NCBI GenBank assembly: GCA_964291415.2 | Contig: OZ219917.1 | Coordinates: 608,001-672,000 of the forward strand | DNA length: 64,000 nt | DNA from: Alphaproteobacteria bacterium | Lineage (GTDB): Bacteria; Pseudomonadota; Alphaproteobacteria; SP197 | Direction: 5' to 3' | Shown: piece by piece, positions 30,070-39,590 of the stretch | How positions within the stretch are numbered: the stretch's first letter is position 1 | How the letters are laid out: every line of letters begins with the position of its first letter | Position numbers and translations under genes: made by a program | The notes under the pieces: generated by a model | Database searches by the model: none | Seen by the model: the letters and a program-made list of their open reading frames with translations, nothing else | Told to the model about the DNA's origin: nothing

Positions 30070-31251
30070 TCAGGCAGCCAGCAGGGCTGCATACCAGAAG
30101 GCAAAGTTGGCCAGCGACGGTTCCAGTGCCGAGAAGCGGCCGGGAACAGCGTCGGGTGACGCCATGCCGCTCTGTTGCCTTTCGAGGACATCGATGTCCT
30201 CGTCCATGGCTTCATCCATGCGCCGATAGTAATGCCGACAGGCGCGCTCGAACCCGGGTGCGATGCGTGTCTCCTCGGGAAAGCACACGGACATGACCGC
30301 ACGGCATGAGTGCGCTCCCCGGGGCCATGCCTCCAGCATCCACATCGCCTCCCTGCCGGCAGCAAACGTCATGTTCGGGTAGATCCACGTGTAGCGCGTG
30401 CCCGAGAGGTGACGACCGCCGAGGCCCGGCATGGAATCAAGGACATGTTCCTGGTCGCCGGACTTCAGGGCTCCGGTGCCCGATGTCGTGCCGAACTGGG
30501 ATGTGAAGTTGCCGGCCACTGCTTCCGGCGGATCAGGTTCATCGTAGATGGCGCCAAAGGTCTGCCGGTGAACACTGCCCAGATGGTAGTATTCGTTGAA
30601 GACCTCCAGGAACAGTTTCCAGTTGCAGGGAATGTCGCGTTCCAGGCGGCGTGTGGTGACGAGTCGGTCGAGAGGCCAGGGAGCGTGGACCGCCTCAAAG
30701 TCACCGAGCCAGTCGTCGATCGAACAGGGTGCCGCGTCGAGGCTGACGAAGACGAACCCCGCGCGTTCCGCCACCTGGTAGGCATGGAGGCCGTGGTCCG
30801 CCATGTCGAAGCCGTCAGCGGACTCCATGCGCGGGGCCGCCACCAGACGGCCGTCGAGGGTGTAGGTCCAGGCGTGGAACGGGCAGGTGATGCGGGCGAC
30901 ACGGCATGGCTCGCCGACGAGTTCTGTGCCGCGGTGGCGGCAGGAATTGGCGAAGGCATGGAGCGTGCCTCTCCTGTCCCTGGCGATCAGGACCGGTGCG
31001 CCGCCGATGTCGACCGGGACGCAGGAACCGGCGGACGGCCAGCGATCGCTGCGGCCGCAACCCACCCATCCGCTACGGAACAGCCGATCCCGTTCCAGCG
31101 TCACCACATCCGGATCGGTGTAGACGGCCGGAGGCAGTGTCGGCGAGTGGCTGGCCGGGGGCGTCACGCGTCGGAGGTCGGCGATGATTGCGGATTGGGG
31201 ACCAATCATGCGGGGTGTCTCCCTTGAGTTGGCCGGCTGCGTTCGCATCAT
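30070..31251 (-). CDS. Rieske non-heme iron oxygenase alpha subunit (second, divergent)
   Basis: NSCRHRG...CPFHAW; NWKLFLEVFNEYYH...VH; EDIDVLERQQSG. Start could be 31209. Confidence 0.88.
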   Translation of the reverse strand: MMRTQPANSRETPRMIGPQSAIIADLRRVTPPASHSPTLPPAVYTDPDVVTLERDRLFRSGWVGCGRSDRWPSAGSCVPVDIGGAPVLIARDRRGTLHAFANSCRHRGTELVGEPCRVARITCPFHAWTYTLDGRLVAAPRMESADGFDMADHGLHAYQVAERAGFVFVSLDAAPCSIDDWLGDFEAVHAPWPLDRLVTTRRLERDIPCNWKLFLEVFNEYYHLGSVHRQTFGAIYDEPDPPEAVAGNFTSQFGTTSGTGALKSGDQEHVLDSMPGLGGRHLSGTRYTWIYPNMTFAAGREAMWMLEAWPRGAHSCRAVMSVCFPEETRIAPGFERACRHYYRRMDEAMDEDIDVLERQQSGMASPDAVPGRFSALEPSLANFAFWYAALLAA

Positions 31252-31281
31252 GGCGGCATGGCCAGGGAAGGGACGTTACCC

Positions 31282-32469
31282 ATGAAGGTCGCCGGGATCG
31301 AGACGTTCGTTGTGGGCAATCCGCCGCCGCGCTTCGGCGGCCGCTTCTTCGTCTTTGTCAAGCTGATGACCGACGATGGCATTGTCGGCTACGGCGAGGT
31401 CTACGCGGCGAGTTTCTCGCCCCATGTCGTGGCGGCCATGGTGGAGGACATCGCCATGCGTCATGTCATCGGCGAGAGTCCCTTCAACATCGAGACCATG
31501 TGGCGGCGGATGTACGGCGGCGGCTACAGCATGCGTCCGGAGATCTCCCTGCTGGCAGTCATGTCGGGCATCGAGATCGCCTGCTGGGACATCATCGGCA
31601 AGGCGACATCGAAGCCTGTCTACATGCTGCTCGGCGGCAAGGTGCACGAGCGGTTGCGCAGCTACACCTACCTTTATCCGGCTGACGGGGATGAAGGGGA
31701 GGCCGTCTATACCGATCCGGACGTCGCCGCCGAACAGGCCGTCGCCTATGTCGGCGAGGGGTTTACCGCGGTGAAGTTCGACCCGGCAGGACCCTACAGC
31801 GTCTTCGACCCGCGCCAGCCATCCCTGGAGAGAATGGAACTTTCGGAAGCGTTCGTAAGGGCATTGCGCGATGCCGTGGGCACGAAGGCCGATCTGCTCT
31901 TCGGCACCCATGGGCAGTTCACTCCTTCGGGCGCCATCCGTCTCGCCCGGCGGCTCGAAGCCTATGATCCGCTCTGGTTCGAGGAACCGGTGGCCGCAGA
32001 AATGCCCGAGGAGATGGCGCGTGTGGCCCGCTCAACGACCATTCCGATCGCCACCGGCGAGCGGCTGGCGACGAAGCACGAGTTCGCCCGCGTGCTGGCG
32101 ACCGGTGCGGCATCGATTCTGCAGATGGCGCTCGGCAGGGTGGGCGGCCTCCTGGAGGCAAAGAAGATTGCCGGCATGGCAGAGGCGCACTACGCCCAGA
32201 TCGCGCCCCATCTCTACTGCGGGCCGATCGAGGGTGCGGCCAATGTCCAGATTGCCACCGCGTCGCCCAACTTCCTGATACTCGAGAGCATCCGCCGCTG
32301 GGACGGCTTCCACGCCAGAATCCTCAAAACCCCGATGCGCTGGGAGGAAGGCTACGTCATCCCGCCGGACGCACCTGGCATTGGCGTCGAACTCGACGAA
32401 GACGTGGCTCGCGCCCATCCCTACACGGAGAACCACCTCCACCTCGAACCGAAGACCGTGCCGCTCTGA
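31282..32469 (+). CDS. Mandelate racemase/muconate lactonizing enzyme family protein
   Basis: IEIACWDIIGK, GFTAVKFD, WFEEP, IATGERL, APH, PGIGVELD. Confidence 0.9.
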   Translation: MKVAGIETFVVGNPPPRFGGRFFVFVKLMTDDGIVGYGEVYAASFSPHVVAAMVEDIAMRHVIGESPFNIETMWRRMYGGGYSMRPEISLLAVMSGIEIACWDIIGKATSKPVYMLLGGKVHERLRSYTYLYPADGDEGEAVYTDPDVAAEQAVAYVGEGFTAVKFDPAGPYSVFDPRQPSLERMELSEAFVRALRDAVGTKADLLFGTHGQFTPSGAIRLARRLEAYDPLWFEEPVAAEMPEEMARVARSTTIPIATGERLATKHEFARVLATGAASILQMALGRVGGLLEAKKIAGMAEAHYAQIAPHLYCGPIEGAANVQIATASPNFLILESIRRWDGFHARILKTPMRWEEGYVIPPDAPGIGVELDEDVARAHPYTENHLHLEPKTVPL

Positions 32470-32506
32470 TCCTGTGTGAACCGTTCCCGGCCCGACTGTC
32501 GCACGC

Positions 32507-33367
32507 TTATCCTGTCTGCTGGCGCAGGCTCCAGAGGGCGTGTGATGTGAGGGTGGCGAGAATGACCACGCCGCCGACGATCGTGGTCCCGGTGGGCGTT
32601 TCGCCGATCGCCGCCCACAGGAGAAGGGGTGCGAGAACGGCCTCGAGCAGGAACAGCAGCAGGACTTCCGGCGCCGGAATGTAACGGGCGCCGATGAACT
32701 GCAGGGAGAAGGCAAGGGGGAGCATGACCAGGCCCATGACGGCGATCAGGCGAGCATCTCCGGCGCCGACCGCCACCGGCAGGGAGACAGCGACGGCAAT
32801 GGCCGCCGTGACGAGCCCACCGATGGCCAGGGTCGGAACCATGTCCGTCATCCTGTGCTTGCGAATGAGGGCGAAGGTCAGACCCGAGAGCACGGCCACA
32901 ACGAGGGCGGAAAGGTCGCCCTCCAGGGAGGAGCCGATGCCGGCTTTCCCGGAGACGATGATCAGCAGACCGGAAAATGTCCCGGCCATCGCGACGATGG
33001 TGTAGACCGGCAGCCTTTCGCGCATGAGGAGCCAGGAAAACGCTGCGCCGAACATGCTGCCGGTGGCGATGATCAGCAGAGTGCTGGCAGCCGAGGTATG
33101 GGTGATGGCCCAGACAAAGGCGATCGTGCCGATGCCGAAGAGGGTGCCAATCACGAGGCCTGGCACGCCGGGCGCCAGCATGACCTCCAGGGCGCGGCGA
33201 CGGTAGATGGCGGCAAGTCCGATGACGAGTCCGACGGAGGAGAGGAGTCCGCGCCAGAAGGCCAGTGTCCAGGGATCGGTGTCGATCAACCGGATCAGCA
33301 GGACATCGGGCGTGATCACCAGCATGGCCAACGTGGTGATCGCCAGCCCCCTGGCGCGTTCGCTCAC
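32507..33367 (-). CDS. DMT (EamA) family transporter
   Basis: About 10 hydrophobic segments in two repeats; PAPEVLLLFLLEAVLAP...GETP. Confidence 0.85.
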   Translation of the reverse strand: MSERARGLAITTLAMLVITPDVLLIRLIDTDPWTLAFWRGLLSSVGLVIGLAAIYRRRALEVMLAPGVPGLVIGTLFGIGTIAFVWAITHTSAASTLLIIATGSMFGAAFSWLLMRERLPVYTIVAMAGTFSGLLIIVSGKAGIGSSLEGDLSALVVAVLSGLTFALIRKHRMTDMVPTLAIGGLVTAAIAVAVSLPVAVGAGDARLIAVMGLVMLPLAFSLQFIGARYIPAPEVLLLFLLEAVLAPLLLWAAIGETPTGTTIVGGVVILATLTSHALWSLRQQTG

Positions 33368-33491
33368 TGCATTGTCCTCCCGATGATCCTGCCTGCGCTA
33401 TGGAGCCATGGCGCGTCAGGGGTATAGGGTGCATGCTCCGTTCCCGAAAGGTGTGCGGGTTTGCACACCACCAGGCTGCCCGGGGTGAAGG

Positions 33492-34682
33492 ATGAGTTCG
33501 GACGCCATCAAGGCCATCCCCCTGGCAAGCCTGACCGCGATCATCTGCGGCATGACCGTCATCGCCATGATTGCCGGATTCAACTCGCCACTCTTTTCCA
33601 CGCGCCTTGACTCCATGGGATACAGCGACGAGCTGATCGGCATCAACGCAGCCGCCAACGCGGTCGGCCCCTTCCTCATGGCGCCGCTGGCCGCGATGGT
33701 CCTGGCGCGTTGGGGTCTGGCGCGGGCCATGATTGCGGCCGGTCTTCTCGAGGGCCTGCTCTATCTTGCATGTATCCTGGTTCCCGGATTCACCGGCTGG
33801 ACCGCCATCCGCCTGGTCATGGGAGCCGTCGGTCTGGCCTCGTGGGTTGCCGGCGAGGTGTGGATCACCTCGGCTGCGCCCGATGCCTTCAGGGGACGGA
33901 TCCTCGCCATCTACAATTCCTGTTTCGGTCTGGGCGTGGCTGTCGGTCCGGCGATGCTCGCCTGGGCAGGGCATACCGGGAATCTTCCGTTCGTCCTCGC
34001 GGCCCTGCTGATGGCGGCGGCAACCGTGCCTGTCATTCTCGCCCGGCGTCTGGCGCCGGCCATGCCCGGAGAGCACTCGCGCCCCTCGGTCCGCGCCCTC
34101 TTGAAACCGATGCGCCAGACGCCGCTGCCCATGCTGCTCAATCTCTCCTACGCCCTTACCTTCATGGCCCTGTGGACCTTTCTCCCGGTCTATGCCGTCG
34201 ACACCCACTACGACGTGGAACGCTCCTACCATCAGCTGTCCTTCTGCGCCGCCGGAGCAGTCGCCCTGCAGCTGCCAATCGGCTGGCTGGTCGACCGGAG
34301 GGACCGGCGCCTCGTCGGCCTCCTGCTCCTCCTCGTCGCCGTTGTCGGTTTCGCCTGTCTTGAGCTGGTGGTGCGCCTGCCGTGGATCGACTACATCTTC
34401 TTCTTCTTCATCGGCGGCCTGACCAGCGGCCTCTATGTGGTGGCGCTGGCCATGATCGGCAGTTTCTACCGCGGCGCGGCGCTGGCATCGGCGATCACCA
34501 TCTTCACGCTGATGTGGAGTCTCGGGAGTCTTGCCGGTCCGCCTGTCGTCGGCATCATCAACGGCGCCCTGGGACCGTCGGGTCTGGTCGTCGCTCTCGT
34601 CCTGTTCTGTGCCGTCTTCGTGCCCGTCGCCGCCCGGGAGTGGTGGCGAAACAGGGCTCCATCTCTCGTCGGCGAGCCATGA
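33492..34682 (+). CDS. MFS transporter
   Basis: About 12 transmembrane segments; APDAFRGRILAIY and QLPIGWLVDRRDRR. Confidence 0.88.
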   Translation: MSSDAIKAIPLASLTAIICGMTVIAMIAGFNSPLFSTRLDSMGYSDELIGINAAANAVGPFLMAPLAAMVLARWGLARAMIAAGLLEGLLYLACILVPGFTGWTAIRLVMGAVGLASWVAGEVWITSAAPDAFRGRILAIYNSCFGLGVAVGPAMLAWAGHTGNLPFVLAALLMAAATVPVILARRLAPAMPGEHSRPSVRALLKPMRQTPLPMLLNLSYALTFMALWTFLPVYAVDTHYDVERSYHQLSFCAAGAVALQLPIGWLVDRRDRRLVGLLLLLVAVVGFACLELVVRLPWIDYIFFFFIGGLTSGLYVVALAMIGSFYRGAALASAITIFTLMWSLGSLAGPPVVGIINGALGPSGLVVALVLFCAVFVPVAAREWWRNRAPSLVGEP

Positions 34683-35377
34683 GGGGCCTGTTTCCCGCCA
34701 TCCTCGCCGTGGCACTGGCATTCGGCGGCTGCGCCGGAGCAACGACGCCGGTCGTGGTCGAGCTCTTCACGTCCGAGGGCTGCAATTCCTGTCCGCCTGC
34801 CGATGAGCATCTCTTCGAACTCCGCCGCCGCGACGGTGTCCTCGCCCTCGGCTGGCATGTCGACTACTGGGACTGGCTGGGCTGGCGCGACCGGTTCGCC
34901 GACCCCGAGTTCAGCGCCCGCCAGCGCGTCTATGCGCGGCGTCTCGGCACGCCCGTCTACACGCCCCAGCTGGTGGTCTCCGGTACACACCAGGCCATCG
35001 GATCGGCAAAACAGGCGATCGAGACCGCCATCCGCCAGGCGCGATCCACCACCGGACAGGCTGTCGTCATCACTGCTTCCTGGAAGGAAGCCGGCCTGCT
35101 GGAGATCGCCCTTGGCGAGGGCGCGGCCAGTGATCACCACCTGGTTCACGTCGTCAGTTTCATGGATGAGGCACGGACCGAGGTCACCGCCGGCGAGAAT
35201 GCCGGGCGCACCCTGCGCCACGCCAACATCGTCGAGACCTGGCAAACCGTCGGAACCTGGGATGGCGCGCCCGCCGTCATGGCCGTTCCAGCCGTCAGCA
35301 ACAGGAATCACGCCATCCTCGTCCAGGCGCCGGGGCAGGGCGCGATTGTCGGCGCCCTCGAGGTACCAACGCCCTGA
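34679..35377 (+). CDS. DUF1223 family thioredoxin-like secreted protein
   Basis: Signal peptide; VVELFTSEGCNSCPPAD, HVDYWDWLGWRD, YTPQ, GENAGRTL. Confidence 0.92.
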   Translation: MRGLFPAILAVALAFGGCAGATTPVVVELFTSEGCNSCPPADEHLFELRRRDGVLALGWHVDYWDWLGWRDRFADPEFSARQRVYARRLGTPVYTPQLVVSGTHQAIGSAKQAIETAIRQARSTTGQAVVITASWKEAGLLEIALGEGAASDHHLVHVVSFMDEARTEVTAGENAGRTLRHANIVETWQTVGTWDGAPAVMAVPAVSNRNHAILVQAPGQGAIVGALEVPTP

Positions 35378-35390
35378 TCCTCACGACCAT

Positions 35391-35442
35391 GGGAACCTTC
35401 CGGCGCAGCGCGACGTTCGCCGTCCTGCGCCGCAAGGTTCCC
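35391..35442. terminator. Long GC-rich hairpin after DUF1223 gene
   Basis: GGGAACCTT-C-CGGCGCAG...CTGCGCCG-C-AAGGTTCCC; no T tail. Confidence 0.4.
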
Positions 35443-35738
35443 GCCGCCGCCGGTCGCGCCCGGAGAAGGTCCGTCGGAACTCTGTGATCCCTGACGAAGG
35501 CGTCGATGCGGTCCTCCAATGCAGGCTCCGACCGTTGACTGTTCCGGGGCCGGGTACGGTGACGCGCGGCTTGTTCCGGCTCGATCTCGCGTGATAGCGT
35601 GGCCGCCTCCGGCAGCCTGCAGGAGGAAGTCATGGCGGTTCGCGCCGCAACGGCGACCGACGTCATTCCAGGGTCCGAGGCCGCCCCGATGCCCGCGGTG
35701 AGGGAGGGGGTGCCAGTTCTCTCTGAAGCGCCATTGCC

Positions 35739-36389
35739 ATGCTGACCTTCGCCGAAGAAATCCTGATCCTGTTGCTGGGCGACCGGGACGGCGAACTGTT
35801 CACCCGCGTGCCAGGCGACAACCTGTCGTGCGCGCTCGCGGGCGCCGTCCTGCTGGATCTCTCCTTCGCCGGCCGCATCGACACGGACCCGGAACGGCTC
35901 GTGGTCATCGACCCGACGCCGACCGGCAACGTCATCCTCGATGGCACCCTGGCGAGGCTTGCGGCCCGCGACCCGCAGGTGAGCACGAGAATCTGGATCG
36001 GGGAGCTGTCCGTCGAGGATGCGGCCGGCATTCGCGAGTCGGTGCTGCAGAGCCTTGTTGACCGTGACGTTCTTGCGTCTCGCGGGGGACGCTTCCGATG
36101 GACCGACTTCTTCTCCAGACCTCCGGGAGGCGGCAGCGAGGCGGAACGGGAAGTCAAGGGACGTATCCGGGACGTCCTGTTCTCCGACGGCATCCCGGAT
36201 CCACGAGACATCGCCCTTGTCGGCCTCACGGACGCCTGCGATCTCATCGGCCATGTCCTCCCGAAGGAGGATATGAACCGGTACCGCCCGCGCCTCGATC
36301 AGCTGCGCGGGCTGGACCTGATCGCCCGCGAACTGGCGGAGTTGCTCGCCGGCATCGAGCATCATGTCACCAACGTCCGGGTTCGGTGA
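35739..36389 (+). CDS. GPP34/GOLPH3 family protein
   Basis: MLTFAEEILILLL.D, LAGAVLLDL...GRI, PTGNVILD, PDPRDIALVGL.DAC. Confidence 0.85.
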   Translation: MLTFAEEILILLLGDRDGELFTRVPGDNLSCALAGAVLLDLSFAGRIDTDPERLVVIDPTPTGNVILDGTLARLAARDPQVSTRIWIGELSVEDAAGIRESVLQSLVDRDVLASRGGRFRWTDFFSRPPGGGSEAEREVKGRIRDVLFSDGIPDPRDIALVGLTDACDLIGHVLPKEDMNRYRPRLDQLRGLDLIARELAELLAGIEHHVTNVRVR

Positions 36390-36566
36390 CGATGCCGGAT
36401 CACCGGCCGGCGCCATGGCCGTGATGCCGTTGGCATGACCGCGATGCGCCGGCTGCCGGGGTTCGCGGCGCGCGCGCGTTTCAGGCCCGAATCAGTCCCA
36501 TGCCAACCACGGTCCGGCAGGTGCGTGGTACCATGGCCCCGTCAGACTTCCGGAGAAAGGAACGCC

Positions 36567-37282
36567 ATGAACAAGGTGGAAGAGGGCCTGCGTCGTGACG
36601 TGGTTGAACGCTGTCGCGAACTGAATGCGAGCGGTATCAACCAGGAACGACCGGCAGTATCTCGGTCCGCTACGGTACCCGCATGCTGATATCGCCATCG
36701 GCGACGCCCTACGACACGATGGAGCCCGGGATGATTGCGTCGATGTCGCTGGAGGACGAGAGCGGTGCCTCGGAAGGTCCTCTCAAGACGTCGACGGAGT
36801 GGCCCTTCCACCACAGGATCCTGCGCGAACGCCCCGACGCCAACGCCGTCGTGCATGCCCATCCGGCCTACTGCACGACCCTTGCCATCGCGCGCAAGGA
36901 GATATCGGCCTGCCACTACATGATCGCCTGCTTCGGCGGGAACAACGTGCGTTGCACCGGGTATGTGCGGTTCGGGACCGATGAACTCTCCCGTCTGGCC
37001 GTCGCCGCCCTGGAAGACCGCACCGCCGGTCTGCTGGGCAACCACGGCATGATCACGATCGGCGATACGCTCGCCAAGGCCATGTGGCGGGCCGTCGAAC
37101 TCGAGACGATCGCGAGGCAGTACTACCTCAGCCTGCAGATCGGCGGGCCGACGCTGCTGAGCGACGCCGAGGTGGAGGGGACCCTCGCGGCCTTCGCAGG
37201 ATACGGCGTCCAGGATGATGCAGGCCGCGCGGAGACCGGTGGAGCGCGATCCCCGCGCGGGACGCAAAAAAAGGCGGCTTGA
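36567..37282 (+). pseudogene. Class II aldolase (L-fuculose-phosphate aldolase-like), one-base frameshift near 36644
   Basis: MNKVEEGLRRDVV...GINQ continues as GTTGSISVR...MLISPS only if one G is added; EWPFH, VVHAHP, LLGNHG zinc motifs intact. Confidence 0.8.
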
Positions 37283-37555
37283 TCGAGGCGGCGGGCCACT
37301 GTCGAAGATCGCAACGTCGCCAAGGACTTCGGTTCCGTCGCGGTGATGCGCGGTCACCTGTGGCTACGTGTTCCACAATGACCAGACCCCGTTGCTGCCG
37401 AAGGCCCGGGACAACGGATCGTCACGGCATTGCCCGCGAACGGTTGACGCTCCGGGGTTGAACCGTGCAGCCGCGGTCCGGGGGCTGAACGGCACGAGTC
37501 ACCTGGCCGCCCGTCAACAGCGACGTCCCTTGCGGTTCGGAGCGGGCGCCGACGT

Positions 37556-39448
37556 TCAGAGAGCGACCGCCTTTGCCATCGTGTCGCTCATGCGCTTGGC
37601 GAAGCGGGCCGGATCCGGCGGCAATTCGCCTTCCTGGATCAGCGCCTGGTCGAGCAGCAGGTGGGCCATGTCCTCGATCTGAAGGCTCGAGCCCTCGCTG
37701 CGTGTCCGCTCGACAAGCGAGCGGATCAGGGCATGGGCGGGGTTGATCTCGAGAATGCGTTTCCCGGACAGGGCATCCTGACCGCTGGATTGCAGGATCT
37801 TCTGCAGGCGCATGCTCATTTCGCCCTCGTCCACCACGAGGCAGCAGGCCGAGTCGGTGAGACGCTTCGATTCGCGCACGTCCGTGACCTTGTTCTCGAG
37901 AGCGAGCTTGAGCATGGCGATGAGCGGCGTGATGTCGCCGGTCTCCTCCTCCTCCTCCTTGTCGGCGGCCCCGGCGATGGCGGAAAGATCGATGTCGCCG
38001 CGAGCGACATTGACGAGCGTCTTTCCTTCGTGGGCGTCGACCGACATGGTCCAGAACTCGTCCACCGGGTGATCGAGCAGGAGCACCTCGACGTCCTTCG
38101 CCCGGAAGGCCTCGAGCATGGGATTGGACCGCATGGTCTCGAGCCTGTCCCCGATCAGCAGGTAGATGGAGTCCTGACCCTCCTTCATCGCGGCGACGTA
38201 GTCGTCGAGACTGACCCAGCCGTCGCGTGTCGTCGAGCGGAAGCGCAGCAGGGGCAGGATGGTGTCGCGACGCTGGTGATCCTCGTAGACACCCTCCTTG
38301 AGGACGGCGCCGAAGGTCTCCCAGAAGGCGTGATAGGACTCCGCGTCCTTCTTCGCCTTCTTGCCAAGTTCGGTCAGCACCCGCTTGACGACCGCCCTCG
38401 AGATCCTGTCGACCACAGGGTTGTTCTGCAGAACTTCGCGGCTGACATTGAGAGGCAGGTCCTCGGAATCGACGATGCCGCGCAGGAACCGCAACCATGG
38501 CGGAATCAGCCCCTCGCATTCGTCGGTGATGAAGACCTTGCGGACATAGAGCTTGACGCCGTGCTGGCGTCTCGGATCGAAGAGATCGTAGGGCGCCGAG
38601 GACGGAATGAAGAGCAGGTTCGTGTAGGCGATGACGCCTTCTGCCCTGTTGTGGAGCGTCAGCCAGGGTTCGTCGAAGCCATGACTGACATGGCGGTAGA
38701 ACTCGGTGTACTCCTCCTCGGCTATGGCCGACCTGGGCCGCGTCCACAGGGCCGCAGCCTCGTTGACCTGGCGCGATTCGCCGCCGGCGGCAACCCAGAC
38801 CGGCAGTCCGATATGCCCGGAATAGGTCTTGATGATGGTTTCGAGACGATGCCTGTCGGCGAACTCCTTCGAGTCCTTCTTCAACTCCAGAGTGATGGCG
38901 GTGCCGCGCGGTGTATCGGCTGGCGCTTGCGCCACGTCGAAACCCGTCCGGCCGTCCGATGTCCAGGTCCAGGCTTCCCCGGATCCGGCCTTCCTGGACG
39001 TGACGGTTACTGACCCGGCGACCATGAAGACGGCATAGAACCCGACGCCGAACTGGCCGATCATGCTGATATCGGAACGTTCCTTCTTTGCCTTTTCCTT
39101 CTCGGCTTCGGCCAGTTGCCGGGCGAACTTCGCGGTGCCCGAACCGGCGATGGTGCCGAGATTGGCGACCAGCTCGTCCCGGCTCATGCCGATGCCATTG
39201 TCGGTGACCGTGATCAGTGACTTCTTGTCGTCGAGCGAGACGGTGATTGCGAGGTCGGGATCGTCCCGCATCAGCGAATCGTCGAGCTGGGCCTCGTAGC
39301 GCAGTCTGTCGCAGGCATCCGACGCGTTGGAGATCAGTTCCCGCAGGAACACCTCGCGCTTCGAATAGAGAGAATTGACGACAATATCGAGGATGCGGTT
39401 GACCTCGGCCTGAAACTCGTGATGGGCGCCGGTCTGCGTTTCGGCCAT
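37556..39448 (-). CDS. htpG: Molecular chaperone HtpG (Hsp90)
   Basis: FQAEV, SLYSKREVFLRELISNASDA, NLGTIAGSGT, IGQFGVGFY, DLPLNVSRE, LEINP.H. Confidence 0.98.
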   Translation of the reverse strand: MAETQTGAHHEFQAEVNRILDIVVNSLYSKREVFLRELISNASDACDRLRYEAQLDDSLMRDDPDLAITVSLDDKKSLITVTDNGIGMSRDELVANLGTIAGSGTAKFARQLAEAEKEKAKKERSDISMIGQFGVGFYAVFMVAGSVTVTSRKAGSGEAWTWTSDGRTGFDVAQAPADTPRGTAITLELKKDSKEFADRHRLETIIKTYSGHIGLPVWVAAGGESRQVNEAAALWTRPRSAIAEEEYTEFYRHVSHGFDEPWLTLHNRAEGVIAYTNLLFIPSSAPYDLFDPRRQHGVKLYVRKVFITDECEGLIPPWLRFLRGIVDSEDLPLNVSREVLQNNPVVDRISRAVVKRVLTELGKKAKKDAESYHAFWETFGAVLKEGVYEDHQRRDTILPLLRFRSTTRDGWVSLDDYVAAMKEGQDSIYLLIGDRLETMRSNPMLEAFRAKDVEVLLLDHPVDEFWTMSVDAHEGKTLVNVARGDIDLSAIAGAADKEEEEETGDITPLIAMLKLALENKVTDVRESKRLTDSACCLVVDEGEMSMRLQKILQSSGQDALSGKRILEINPAHALIRSLVERTRSEGSSLQIEDMAHLLLDQALIQEGELPPDPARFAKRMSDTMAKAVAL

Positions 39449-39590
39449 ATTGGATGCCTCACTCTAGCCTTGGCCTGATGTAGGCCACGATTCCCGCACT
39501 TCAAGGCCGACGGTGCCATTCCGGACGTGCACCAGTCCGCACCCGGCATGACGGCGTCGGTCCGCCTCCGGGTCACCTGTGAGGAAAGAC

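Noticed and set aside
19160-32482. GTGTGAAC recurring near gene ends (about 19160, 24316, 32475)
   Set aside because: Too short and flanks are not conserved; compatible with chance.
32421-34742. 773-aa minus-strand ORF and similar long overlapping ORFs (e.g. 6635-8068, 8680-10122, 15599-17161, 21352-22914)
   Set aside because: Shadow or alternative frames of well-supported genes; low-information Arg/Gly/Ala-rich translations.
37283-37555. 270-bp intergenic region between the aldolase and htpG as ncRNA or small gene
   Set aside because: No recognisable RNA family, convincing ORF or repeat.
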